A DNA stretch of 64,000 nt. It comes from Eledone cirrhosa. Taxonomy: Eukaryota. The position numbers and the translations under genes were made by a program. Below, piece after piece: positions 51,530-64,000 of this stretch. Location: assembly GCA_964016885.1 (NCBI GenBank), contig OZ024740.1:72292001-72356000 (forward strand). The letters run 5' to 3'. Every line of letters begins with the position of its first letter. Position 1 is the first letter of the stretch. The notes below the pieces were generated by a model. The model was not told the DNA's origin. It did not search any database and saw only the letters and a program-made list of their open reading frames with translations.

Positions 51530-53250
51530 CGTTAAAAAGAAAGTAGCTTGGAAGTGTCATTATGAGAGACTGTTGAATGAAGAAAATGCATGAGAGAAGG
51601 GGGAGCTACCCTAAGTAGATCCAATTGGGGTCTGCCATTCAGGTTAGCAGTGGTGTGGTAGATAAAGCAATCAAGGATATGAAGACAGGCAAGGCAGCTG
51701 GATAGTAAGGGATAGTTGCTGAGCCATCCCCAATGACTGGCATAGCAGCATCATTAACTGCATCAAGGGCAAAAGAGATGCATTGCACAGAGAAAACTAT
51801 AGAAGCATTAACACTTTAGCATTTACATTACTCTATATTTACTATTGTATTTTCGCAATAATGGCTTTATCTCACATAATATCAAATCTATGTGAATTTT
51901 ATATTATTTTATATTAACATTAGTATGATTGGCTAGTTACGGTCGGTTTAAAGGCTAAAGTGTTAAGGTTATGAAGGTCACTGAAAGAGTTATAGCACAA
52001 CGGATTAGAAATAGAATTGACACGGATGAGATACAGTTTCATTTTGTCTCCAGAAGAGTTACTACTGATGCCATCTTCCTCGTGACATAGTTAAAGAAGT
52101 ATTTAGCTAAGAGCAGACCTCTCTATCTAACATTCAATGACCTGGAGAAAGTTTTTGACAGGGTACCCCACTCAGTAATCTGGTGGACTCTTTGAAAACT
52201 AGAGATAGGATGACATTTAAGAGCTGTACAGGCCATGTACAAAGATGCAATCAGCAAAGTTAATGAATACAACGATGAATTTGGCATGCATGTGGGCGTT
52301 CAACAAAGCTCAGTCCTCAGACCCCTCCTTTTCATTATAGTCCTCCAGGCCATAACAGGCAAGTTTAGGATGGGCTACCCATGGGAACTCTTGTATGACC
52401 TAATTCTCATAGCTGAATCTAGCAGAATTGAATAAATTTCAGCCATGGAAACAAAATCTGAAATCAAAAGGCCCCAGAGTAAATCTAGCTAAGACTAAAT
52501 TTAAAAGTAAAAAAGAGGACAGAATTCTGGTCCTATCCTGAAAATGGCCATACTCTACATGCAGAAGAGAAGTTAGTATGAATTCCATATTGTGTGTTAA
52601 ACTGTTGGTACATGAGATGTAGTTGGATATCAGGCAGGCTAACGAAGAATGTAGGCTTCATATATGGCAGGTGTACAGGAGAAGTGGGCTGCAAGAGCCA
52701 ACTTGAAACAGATTATATCAAATGCTCAGATAGCTCCCTAGAAATAATTGTTTCTACTACCTGGGTGACCAAATTAGTAGTGAAGGTGGGTGTTCGGAAA
52801 GTACAGTAACCAAGGTGACAACAGGTTGGAAAAAGTTCAGGAAGCTATTACCTCTGCTGGCTAAAAGGGGGTTTTTGCTCAGTGTGAATGGTAGATTGTA
52901 TAATGCCTTTGTGCAAACTGCAATACTGAGGATTTGTGATGACTAGAAAAAATAAGATGAACATGCTCTGATGAATGTGTACCTGTGTGCAAGAATAACA
53001 GCATAAATGAACTGAGAGAAAAATTGGACATTGAAGGGATTGGGTGTAATGTTCAAGAGAGAAGACTGCATTGTTATAGACGTGATGTGTATAAAAGATG
53101 AGAGCTGCATAAACAAGTGCAAGGCACTTAGTCGAGGTAATCTGTGGAAGACTTAGGAAAACAAGAGGAAGTGTAAAGGCTGACCATAAAAAGTTGAACC
53201 TTGCAGAAGAGATGACACAAAATGGCTAGCAATATATTGTACCCTAAAAG
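51530..53250 (+). mobile_element. Heavily decayed RTE (intronic)
   Basis: Colinear with 40420-42150; many stops and indels. Confidence 0.8.
51808..51966. mobile_element. TTAA MITE nested in RTE
   Basis: TTAA-cactttagcattt...aaaggctaaagtg-TTAA interrupting RTE homology. Confidence 0.65.
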
Positions 53251-54007
53251 ACTCGCATCTTTCTACTTAACCCTCCTCCCTTATTCAATTCCCTGACTCC
53301 TACCCAAAAGTAAATGTACCTTCATTGTAGTACCAGATGCTACTTGTTCATTTTTTCTCCCTCTCATCATGACCACTCTATGACCCAACACAAACTACTA
53401 CTTCCCTACTATCCCCATCTCACACAACCAAATTTATCCCTGCATTATTCTCCTGCTTGCCCAATCATACTAACATGGGAAACCAGGATCACTCCACAAT
53501 ACTGCCAAACATCATTCACTTACCATAAGATTACTTCACTCCTCTCTCGAGTAACAGGCAGCCCAAACCCTACTCTGATCCCTCTCCCTAACACTATCCT
53601 CCCAACCAGCCAAAGATGTAAGTGCACTGGTGTTAAAATGTGGTAGTACTGGTACTACAAAATGTACTCAGTGCTCAGCCCACACTGTATGTGGAAGTGC
53701 TAGTGCCACAATAAAATGCTCCCAATCCACTTTGTCAGGTTGTAGTGGTGATATCAAGAGAAAACAAACCCGATACATGCCCTGAAGTGGTTGGCATTAG
53801 GAAGGGCATCCAGCCATAGACATTCTTGGCAAAATTAACAAGAGCAAGACACTGTCGTTTGACTTGCATGTCTAGCCTCAGAGTGTGACAACTCATCTAA
53901 CCCATGGAAAATAAACATAATACACACATACATAGTTATGGATTAATATAATTATATATTAAGGCTGTCACTAGTAAACAGATTTCGCTAACTGGCTGTT
54001 CACAACT

Positions 54008-54195
54008 GCAGATCTAAAAGTGCTATTTATTGTGTATGTATCCTGTTTAGAATAGGTACACAGTATCACTGAGTGTTGTAAGATCTAAAAGTACTATTGT
54101 GTGTATCCTGTTTAAAATAGGTACACAGTATCACTGAGTGTTGTAAAATCTAAAAGTTCTATTGTGTGTATCCTCTTTAGACTAACTACACAATG
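54008..54195. repeat. ~65-72-bp tandem repeat, ~3 copies
   Basis: gatctaaaagt..tattgtgtgtatcctgttt..aataggtacacagtatcactgagtgttgtaa repeated. Confidence 0.8.
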
Positions 54196-54255
54196 TGCTG
54201 GTCTTATGCCTAAATCAGAAACTTATCATTAATTATTTTTATCTTTGTCAAACAG

Positions 54256-54653
54256 GTTTGGTACTTCATTGAACTATGAGAAATGTGGGTATTGCTCACT
54301 GGATGCTGTTTTACAGTCTATTCCTGAAATGGTGATGGGAATTTTACAAAGGGATGGACAATATTACTATAAACTGCTGAAACCACCTTACAACATCCCG
54401 TACAGAAATGGTTCACCATACTCCCCCAATGAATACTATACTTCTTCACCTACAAATACATACTTTCAGACACAATCACCAAAGAATTCAGGTTTTAAGA
54501 CTTCCACACGTCTTGTACCTTTAATGCAGACCCCATCATATTCTTCAGCATATAATCAACCATTCTATGCTTCCTTTGGTAGTGCTAACTCTCACACTGG
54601 ATATAACCACCACTACTCAAATACTTCCGGTTATGGTGACAAAGCGTATAGAG
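54256..54653 (+). CDS. TDRD5: TDRD5-like coding exon 2: rest of LOTUS 2 plus Y/S/N-rich linker
   Basis: Acceptor ttgtcaaacag|G completes the phase-2 Arg. The join reads AYTTRFGTSLNYEKCGYCSLDAVLQSIPEMV (LOTUS G....GY..L pattern). Phase-1 donor G|gtaact. Confidence 0.75.
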
Positions 54654-55461
54654 GTAACTATCATCTCTTCCTACTCTCTTTCTTTTCTCCCTCTTCTCAT
54701 AGGAAGATTCTTGACTGTTTTATTGATAGGGACCCCAGTCTTATGTTGTTACAACTCACACCTACATAGGTTTAGCTGGCCTCCTACAAGGTTGTATCTC
54801 ATAGGAAGTTTCCTGGCTGTTTTGATGATAGGGAACCCACTACTACCATGAAAAGCACTGTAAAATGAAGTGTCTTGCTCAAGAACAGAACACATTCAGT
54901 CCAGGAATTGAACCCACAACCTTACAATTCTGATTCCAACACCCTAACTATTAGACTGGCTATCTTCACATTTTACTTGTGCCAAAAATGTGGTTGGTGT
55001 TAGGAAGGGCATTCAGCTATAAAAACCCCGGCCAAATTTACAATCCCATCAGACTTGTCTCTCAAAGCGAACAACCCGTCTTCTGACCCATGCAAGCATG
55101 GAAAAAATGGACGGAAGACAGTGATGATGATTGGAAAATATCAAACCTTTCATCCTTAATCTAAATTTAGTTGAATTAATCTATCTTGACATCGCTTGGT
55201 TGATATATAGATACACACACATGTATTAATGGTAGTTTTGAGCACAGTTTCCACTTATTAAATTACGCAGAGGCAATGCTCCTTCTAAGCTGTGGTGGTA
55301 CACAACTGTGCAGTTGCTGTATTGGTATTATGTGCATCAACATGTTGCTGCTTAGTAGCTATGCATGTACCTGTAAGCATACAGGTACATGCATAGATAC
55401 TAAGCAGTAACATTTAGTCTGTTTTAGATAAGGAAGATTTTAGCTGGATTTTCTAAGGATT

Positions 55462-56926
55462 CATCATCATCGTTTAATGTCTATCTTCCATGCTAGCATG
55501 GGTTTAGACGGGAATTGTCCCACGTGAGGCAAGATTGGTTGTCTTGCTCGTATAGGACTGTCTGGCGGGTTTTCTACGGCTGAATGTCCTTCCTAACACC
55601 AACCACATTTACAGTGTGGACCGGGAGGTTTTTACCGTGTTATCTACACGGCCACATTACAGCGTGGACTGTGTGTTTTTTAGTCGTGACACCTACACGA
55701 CCTCATTAATTTCGGACTGGATGTTGTGGTACCAACATAACATTACATTGGAAGGGGTGGGAGTGGTGGGACGGGGGTGTATTTTTGTTAGAGGTGCCTA
55801 CTGACTAGGTTTCGCTTTGTACTTAGGCAAGGTGGGTCTTCTGTGTTACTGTGTAGCGCCAAAGATCTCAGTCCAGTGATATTGTCTTGGAGGGGTTTAA
55901 GTGTGTAAGGTCGGAATTTATCAAATTGTCCCAGGTTTTTCTGGGTCTACCTACTCCGTAGCTTCGATCTATTTTGATCGCCCTGTACTTTTTTATACAG
56001 CTGTCGTCTTTCATGCGCATCACATGACCATACCAACGTAGTCTTCTCTCGAGTAAACAGCATCTGATCCCTCTTATTCCTAATTTCTCACTTAGTTCAT
56101 TTATGCTTTGCCGTTCACGTATATTACTATTACACATCCAACGGAGCATGCAAGCTTCGTTCCTCTCCAGTCTGCGTAGATCCTCTGCACACAATGCCCA
56201 TGTCTCACTGCCATGTAACATTGCTGTTTGTATGCAGGCATCATACAGTCTGCCTTTCATTTTTAGAGAGAAACCTTTAGCGGCGAATAGTGGTATAAGC
56301 TCTCTGAACTTTTTCCATCCCGTTCTGACTCTAGCTACTGTACTTTCAGAGCACCCTCCACCACTGCTGATTTTGTCACCCAGGTAACGGAAGGTGTCCA
56401 CTATTTCTATAGAACCATCTGGGCAATGGAAGGAGCTAGTATCCTGTGGGCACTTGCTACTACTTTATTGCACCGAGCACTGGCCACATATAAAATCTAT
56501 GTTCTTAGTTAGCTTACCTGTGATCCCACTACATCTTTTATGCACCCATACTTTGCATTTGGGACATAAAATGGAGTTTCTGCCTACTCCTTTCTTACAC
56601 ACTGAGCATGGCCATTTCCCAGAGGGGACCAGTGCCCTATTTTCCTTCCTACATACTAGAACTTTAGTCTTAGACAAGTTAATTTTAAGGCCTTTTGATT
56701 CTAGGCCATGCTTCCAAGTTTGGAATTTCTTCTCTAGTTCAGCCATTGATTCAGCTATGAGCGTTAGATCATCTGTGTATAGAAGTTCCCATGGGCAACC
56801 GGTCTTGAACTCCTCTGTTATAGCCTTAAGGGCAATAATAATAGGAGGGGGCTAAGGACAGAGCCCTGATGAACACCAACTTTTACGCTAAATTCTTCAC
56901 TATATTCGTTGTTAATTCTAACCTTG
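55462..56926 (-). mobile_element. RTE (PHD-bearing family); continues at 58189-58290
   Basis: ORFs 56465-56746 and 55868-56401 plus 3'UTR. Confidence 0.9.
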
Positions 56927-58188
56927 AAATTAACCTGGCTAAGATTAAAGTTCTAGTTTGTAGGAAAGAAAATAAGGCGGCAGTCCCTTCTGGGAAATGG
57001 TCGTGCTCGGTGTGTAGGAAAGGCGTAGGTAGAAACTCCATTTTATGTCCTAAATGCAAAGTATGGGTGCATAAAAGATGTAGTGGGATCACAGGTAAGC
57101 TAACTAAGAACATAGATTTTACATGTGGCCGGTGCTCTGGTGCAATAAGTAGCAGCAAGTGCCCACAAAATACTAGCTCTTTCAATTGCGCAGAGGGTTC
57201 TATAGAAATAGTGGACAGTTTCCGTTACCTGGGTGATAAAATCAGCAGTGGGGGAGGGTGCTCTGAAAGTACAGTAGCTAGAGTCAGAACTGGTTGGAAA
57301 AAGTTCAGAGAGCTTATACCACTATTAGCTGCTAAAGGGTTCTCCCTAAAAATGAAAGGCAGGTTGTACGATGCCTGCATACGAACAGCAATGTTGCATG
57401 GCAGTGAGACCTGGGCATTGTGTGCAGAGGATATACGCAGACTAGAGAGGAACGAAGCTTGCATGCTCCGCTGGATGTGTAACAGTAATATACGTGAACG
57501 GCAAAGCATAAACGAGCTAAGGAAAAAATTAGAAATAAGAGGGATCAGATGTTGTTTACTCGAGAGAAGGCTACGTTGGTATGGACACGTGATGCGCATG
57601 AAAGTCGATAGCTGTATAACAAAGTGCAGGGCAATAAAGATAGACGGTAGCCACGGAATAGGCAGACCTAGAAAAACCTGGGACGAGCTGATAAACTCTG
57701 ACCTCGCACACTTACACCTCTCCAAGATAATGTCACTGGACCGAGACCTTTGGCGGTACTCAGTAACAGAGAAGACCCGCCTTACCTAAATACATAGAAA
57801 AACCTACTACAGCCAGTAGGCATCTCTAACAAAATACCCCCCACCCCCACCCCCACACCACCACCCCCACCCCATCCACACCACCCCGTTCTATGTAAAG
57901 TTATGTTGGTGCCACACCATCCAGGCCGAAACAAATGAGATCGTGTAGGTGTCACGACAAAAAAACACACAGTCCACGCTGTAATGTGGCTGTGTAGGCA
58001 ACACAGTAAAAACCTCCCAGACCCACACTGTAAATGTGGTTGGTGTTAGGAAGGGCATCCAACTGTAGAAAACCTGCCAGACAGTCCTATGCGAGCAAGA
58101 CAATCACTCTTGCCTCAAGTGGGACTACCCCCGTCCAAACCCATGCAAGCGTGGAACACGGACGTTAAACGTTGATGATGATGATGAT
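56927..58188 (+). mobile_element. 5'-truncated RTE inserted into an opposite-strand RTE
   Basis: Nearly identical to 41316-42570. Confidence 0.92.
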
Positions 58189-58574
58189 GGCTTGTACAGC
58201 TCTCACGAGCCATTCATCAACACCTAGTTTTCTAAGAGCCCACCAGATAATGGAACGGGGGACTCTGTCAAAAGCTTTCTCCAAGTCAACATTGTTGTTA
58301 AACCCTTTTAATATCAAACATTCTGGGACTGCATCTGGTTTTCTGATATAAGACTTTTGGGGATCAAACCACCTCTGGTACGACAATACAAAGCTGTTTA
58401 AAATTATTTATCTGAAAAATCTATTAGAATTTTATGCTCCAAACACCAGCTTAAAGAGAAATTTATTAAAATCTCCAAATTAATGATTATTTTCAAAATA
58501 ATTTTAAAATCATAGGCAGTTTTTTTCATTAGAATTATGGTAATGAAAATACTGTTTAACCTGCCAGTTGGTTG

Positions 58575-58757
58575 TTTTGGTGCCATGACATAAAGCACCC
58601 AGTCCATACTGTAAAGTGATTGTTTTGGTGCCACAATAAAAAAACATCCAGTCCACTCTGTAAAGTGGTGGTTTTGGTGCCACAATAAAAAGCACCTAGT
58701 TCACTCTGTAAAGTGGTCGTTTTGGTGCCACAATAAAAAGCACCCAGTCCACTCTGA
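58575..58757. repeat. ~47-bp minisatellite related to the RTE/SINE 3'UTR
   Basis: tggtgccacaataaaaagcacccagtccactctgtaaagtgg units; related arrays near 60040-60300 and 62075-62425. Confidence 0.75.
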
Positions 58758-59429
58758 ATTTTCATGGTAAAGGCTTATCTCATATAATTATCTTGCATAA
58801 TATCAAACTGAGATTTTGATATTTATTTTGAAAATAATACCTCAACATCAGTTTGAGCAGCCGGTTATGGCCAGTTTGAACTGAAAGAGGTGAGAGAATT
58901 CTGGCTGGATACGGTCGGTTTAAATGCTAAAGGATTAAATTTGTGTTTGGAATATAATTGAAATTATGATGGTGGGTTTTTAGATAAATATAAACATTTA
59001 AAAATATAGTTTTTTTTATTGTTCAACCAGGGGAGGTTTCGGGTGGTTTTTAATTAAAACTATGAAATTTATCCTACATTGTGTTCACCATCTTCAGTAT
59101 TTTTTTTTTTTTTTTTATTGATTCCTAAATGTCCAGTTTCTATCAGTTGGCAAATATTCTAGACATTTCTACTGTTTTGTAAAGAAAATATTGATAGTGT
59201 AAATATATTGATTTTTATTATATTTCTCTTTGAAAGAAATGTCTCTTAACTTGTTAGTGAAAGTATTTTATAGACAGCCTGACAATGCTGATGGTTCAAG
59301 TAAATTAGATTTATCTCTCATCTAAATTGAATCTTTTTGGAGAATTAATTACTTTTGGAATTTTTGAACACTTAGCCCAACTCATTCCAGCATGAAAAAA
59401 ATAGATATAATGATGGTAGTGGTGGTGGC

Positions 59430-59810
59430 AGCAACAGTGAGGTGGGGATATTGGCAGTGGTGAAGTGGTAGGGTTGGCAACAGTGAGGCTGATGATAGTG
59501 GTGGGGTTGGCAACAGTGAGGCTGATGATAGTGGTGGGGTTGGCAACAGGGAGGCTGATGATAGTGGTGGGGTTGGTAACAGTGAGGCTGATGATAGTGG
59601 TGGGGTTGGCAACAGTGAGGCTGATGATAGTGGTGGGGTTGGCAACAATGAGGCTGATGATAGTGGTAGGGTTAGCAGCAGTGAGAGTGATGATGGTGGT
59701 GGTGGTGGTGGCAAGGGTTGTACTGGTAGTATTGGTGATGTTGGTGGTGGTGGCAAGAGTTGTACTGGTAGTATTGGTGATTCTGGTGGTAGTGGTGGTG
59801 ATGGTAGCAC
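59430..59810. repeat. 33-bp minisatellite plus GGT-rich tract
   Basis: gtggtggggttggcaacagtgaggctgatgata, ~6 copies. Confidence 0.9.
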
Positions 59811-60339
59811 TGGTTAGCCATATCCTTCAAATAGTTTTAAAGGTGTTGCTTGTAGTACACAATCTTTAGAATAATTAAATTATTTAAAACTTAATAAAAT
59901 TTATGCTGAAACATGTAGCTAAAATAGATATAGTTCAATAGAATGTATTGATATTTTCAAAATTGTTTTTACAAATTACTTGAATGTAGTCAACATAGGG
60001 GAGAGAGGACTCTTTAGTCTTCTTGAAAACAAGACAACCTCTCTAGTGCTGCCACCTCAATAAAATACACCTAGTACACTCTGTAAAGTTGTTGATAATA
60101 TAAGATAGAGAGGACTTTTTAGTTTTATTGACATAACAACCTCTCTGGTGCTGGTGCCATGATGAAATACACTCTGTAAAGTGGTTGATAATCAAAACAA
60201 TGATAATATGGCATTGAGAGGACTGTTTAGTCATGTCAAAAACAGCTTCTCTAGTATTGGTGTCACAATATTATACACTCAGTACACTCTGTAAAGTGGT
60301 TAACACTCAAGTGATAATATAGGGAAGATCAAAATTGAT

Positions 60340-60855
60340 GGAAGTTACGGAGTGGGTAGACCCAGAAAAGCCTGGGACGACTTGATAAATTCCAACCTTG
60401 CACACTTGCACCTTTCTAAGACAATGTCACTGGATTGGGATCTTTGGCGCCACGCAGTAGTACAGAAGACCCACGTTCCCTACGTGCAAAGTTAACTTAC
60501 AGTCAGTAGGCCCCTCCAAACCAAACCCACTACCCTTTCTCTATAAAGTTATGTTGGTACCACAACATCCAGTCCAAACTAATGAGGTCGTGTAGGTGTC
60601 ACGACAAGGAAAAAAACAAAACACAGTCCACGCTGTAATGTGGCCGTGTAGGTAACACACTAAAAAGCTCCCAGTCCACACTGTAAACGTGGTTGGTGTT
60701 AGGAAGGGCATCCAACCGTAGAAAACCTGCCAGATAGTCCTATACGAGCGAGAGACAGTCATCCGACCAATCTTACCTCAAATGGGACAATTCCCATCTA
60801 ACCCATGCTAGCATGGAAGATAGACGTTAAACGATGATGATGATGGTGGTGATGA
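60340..60855 (+). mobile_element. RTE 3' end
   Basis: Homologous to 42030-42570 and the reverse of 12108-12700. Confidence 0.8.
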
Positions 60856-61269
60856 CATGATAACCTCTCTAGTGTTGGTGCCATGATAAAATGCATCCAA
60901 TAAATCTGTAAAGTAGCTGCAGCCAAACTGAAACCATATAAAGGTAGAAAGGACTTTTAAGTCTTGTTGGGGACATGACAATCTCTCTAGTGCTGTTGCC
61001 ATGATAAAATACACCCAGTACACTCTGTTAAATGGTTGACAATTGATTTATGATTATATAGAAAAAGAGGATTCTTTAGCCTTATTGAAGACATGACAAT
61101 CACTCTAGTTCTGGTGCCAACCAATGCTAACATGGAAAGCAAATGTAAAATGATAGACTGCCCTGTCTAACTACATAGATTGCTCTGTCTAATTGTACAT
61201 AGAGTACTCTGTCTGTCTCATCACCATTCATCGAATCAAATGAATTGCCCAGGTCAACTTCACTCACCC

Positions 61270-61840
61270 TCTCCATGTGTCCCTTTAGTCAGCTGGTCAA
61301 TATGTCATCCAGATGCGAGTGTCCATGGGTTGGCATCCACAAAAGAAAACTAACAAGGTCGTCTATGCTTTTGTAGCAGTGCCCAGCATATCTTAGCCTT
61401 CTTTCCCTAACTAAAGCTGATACAAGAGGAATCTGTCCATATAACTCTTCTTTTCAAGGAATGCTGCTTCTAGGACCTGTTCAGCACGAGGTGTAAGCAT
61501 TCAGGCATATGTCCCATATAGCCTGTTTTCTAATATGTGTCATTGTCCATGCTGACGAGCCATACAAGAACTGACTCAACTACAGCTCTGAAGAAGCCTC
61601 TCTTCTTTTTGTTTGGTAGGGATGATTTCCAGATTGATGTATCTATAAAGTTATGTCTTTTTTGGTGGATGAAATATCACTTTCAAGATAGGTAAAACTT
61701 TCAACCTCTTTTAGAGGTTTTCACTTCACCATTCTAATTGAAGTTCATGACTTCTGTCTTCTTCATGTTCACATACAATCCTATCATGGCAGCAGACTGC
61801 TGAAGCACATGCAGGAGTTTTTCAGCATCTGAAACTTTGT
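61270..61840 (-). mobile_element. Decayed RTE-group RT/3' fragment
   Basis: Minus-strand remnants such as FTYL, FRAVVESV.LYGS..WT and YAGHC. Confidence 0.55.
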
Positions 61841-63602
61841 CTAACTGACTGTACACATCTTGTATATCTTATAAATGATCAAACCACCATTAATCCTCCG
61901 CACTTACAATAAAATATTAAATGTCAGATCAAAATATTATCTGCTCTGGTCATAGTTTTGTTGCATCTCAGATACAAATGTCAGTGCAATTTAAATATAC
62001 AGAATCAGTGCAGGCATGGCTTTGTGGTTATGAAATTCGTTTTATAACCACATTGTAATAAATTGTAATGAGGTAGTGCTGGTGCTACAATAACACACAC
62101 CCAGTCCCCACTGTAAAGTGATAGTGCTGATTCCATGATAACATACACCCAGAACTCTCTAAGATGGTAGTACTGGTGCCACAATATGCACCTAGAACAC
62201 TCCATAAAGTGGAAGAGCCAGTGCCACAATAAAAAACACCCTGCCCATTCTGTAAAGTAGAAATGCAGGTACCACAATAAAAACTGCATAGTCCTTTCTG
62301 TAATGTGGAAGTACTGGTGCCATGATAAAAAGCACCCAGTATACTCTCTATAAGGTAATGCTGGTGCCACAATAACATGCACTTAGCTTGTAGTGTAAAG
62401 AGTGCCCAATACACTCTGTAAAGTGATTGGTGTTAGAAAGGGCATCCAACTATAGAAACCAAGCCAAAAATGGAATCTATGAGCAAGATGTGGTCACCTG
62501 ACTAGCCAAGCCTCACTACATGACAACTCATCTAACCTCTGCAAGCATGGAAAATAAATGTTAAACAATGAAACAATGATATTGATGAATAGTTTGATCT
62601 CACTCCACAGTATCTTGAGCAAGAATCTTCTATAACTTAGGATTGACTAATGTTTTTATCATGATTTAACATCTGGCAGAAGTCCATTGTATATATCTAT
62701 ATTGTCATCATTGTATGTCCTTTTTCCATGCTAGCATGGGTTGGATGGGTTGTCACAGTTCAAGTGTAGATGTTGGAGGACAACATGTTGCTCATATATT
62801 CCATTTTGGATTGATTTCTACACTTGGGGTACCCTTTAGATAGTGTGCTGAATGCATTTCATCATAGCACTAACAAAAAAGCCCTCAACAAGAACAAAGA
62901 GTCTGCTTTACCTTACATTGTCTCAGTTTGTTTGTCAACTATTTTACAGGGAGTATTGAATGTATTTTGTGACACAACACTAGTGTGGTTGTCTTGTCCA
63001 CTGCAAATTAAGGGGAACCTCTCCACTCCATACAGTCTCTGATCTCTCATCATATTTACTTTTACTGTCACAGTGCTTATACTGGTAGGGTAGTTAGTCT
63101 TTTTTGCATTAGTATATAATGTCAAACTTGTAAAATTGAGCATCTCATCTACTAGAAGTTTTCTCATGTCAAAAAGGATTAAGCAGACTCTTCAGTCACA
63201 TCATAAATATGACAACCTCTCTAGTCTGATGTCACAATAAAATGCACCCAATACACCGTCACGTGGTTGGTAACAAAAAAGACATCCTGCAGTAGAAACC
63301 ATGTAAAAGAAGGTTGAGAGGACTCTGTTGTCATGTCAAGAACATGGCAACTTCAATGCTGCTGCCACGATAAAATGCACTCAGTACACTCAAGATATCC
63401 AGTTGTTAAAAAACAGACCAAAACCAGAAAGTATGTGAGCGAAATGTGGCCCCTGGTTTGCTTAAAAAGACAATAAATTCGATTAAGTACTGACTTGGTC
63501 TGTAATAACCTATCTGACCTTTACAAGCATAAAAGAATTGACCTTAAATGATGTCTTGCTGTAAATAATTGTTGGAATGTATTTCTTTGTTTATACTATT
63601 AG

Positions 63603-63730
63603 ATAACAAAAAGGGAAGAGATTCACATTACAGCCCCGCTGCTAATGTAGAGAAAAAGAACAATTCATCTGAATGCAGTGATATGTTTGATAATCAGATA
63701 GACCCTAAAATAACCTCGAATATCATGAAG
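63603..63730 (+). CDS. TDRD5: Probable TDRD5-like coding exon 3 (linker and likely start of LOTUS 3)
   Basis: Acceptor atttctttgtttatactattag|AT completes the phase-1 codon (G+AT=Asp). Open frame DNKKGR...IDPKITSNIMK; donor |gtatgt. Confidence 0.55.
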
Positions 63731-64000
63731 GTATGTTTCACCATTGAATATTAAGCAACTACTATTATTTATTTCTAATGAACGCACACACGCATACACG
63801 TGTGTGTATGTATTTAAATATGTACATGTGTGTGTGTATATGTATGTACCTGTATATGTATCATCATCATTTTACGTCTGCTTTTGCCTGCTTGCAAGGG
63901 TGGGACAGGAACTGATTCTGGCTTGATTTCTACAGCTTGATGCCCTTCCTAACACCAACCTCATTTACAGTGAGTGCTGGGTGCTTTTTTGCCGTGGCAC

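Noticed and set aside
59382-59869. Pro/Ser- or Val-rich ORFs
   Set aside because: 33-bp minisatellite; no splice signals or domain support.

Overview
AT-rich, repeat-saturated animal DNA. The dense (TA)n/(CA)n/(TACA)n/(CAT)n microsatellites, RTE LINEs and tRNA-derived SINEs suggest an octopus or other cephalopod; this is inferred from the repeat landscape, not from a search. The only recognisable host gene is the 5' part of a multi-LOTUS-domain piRNA-pathway gene, most like TDRD5/Tejas. Three phase-compatible coding exons lie at 48346-48878, 54256-54653 and 63603-63730. The rest is mostly mobile DNA: an R4/Dong-like RLE retrotransposon in (TACA)n, a complete DD37D (maT) Tc1/mariner with one nonsense codon, a full-length Tx1-like LINE in (TAA)n, a near full-length RTE with a PHD-like finger plus many fragments, two Penelope-like (GIY-YIG) fragments, a CR1 fragment, SINEs and MITEs. 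The most striking signal, invisible in the ORF track, is about 14 type I hammerhead-ribozyme motifs from several unrelated sequence families, all folded by eye. Several sit in short non-coding fold-back elements as divergent inverted pairs, and two in ~400-450 bp tandem or circularly permuted units resembling retrozymes. Boundaries of decayed repeats are approximate.
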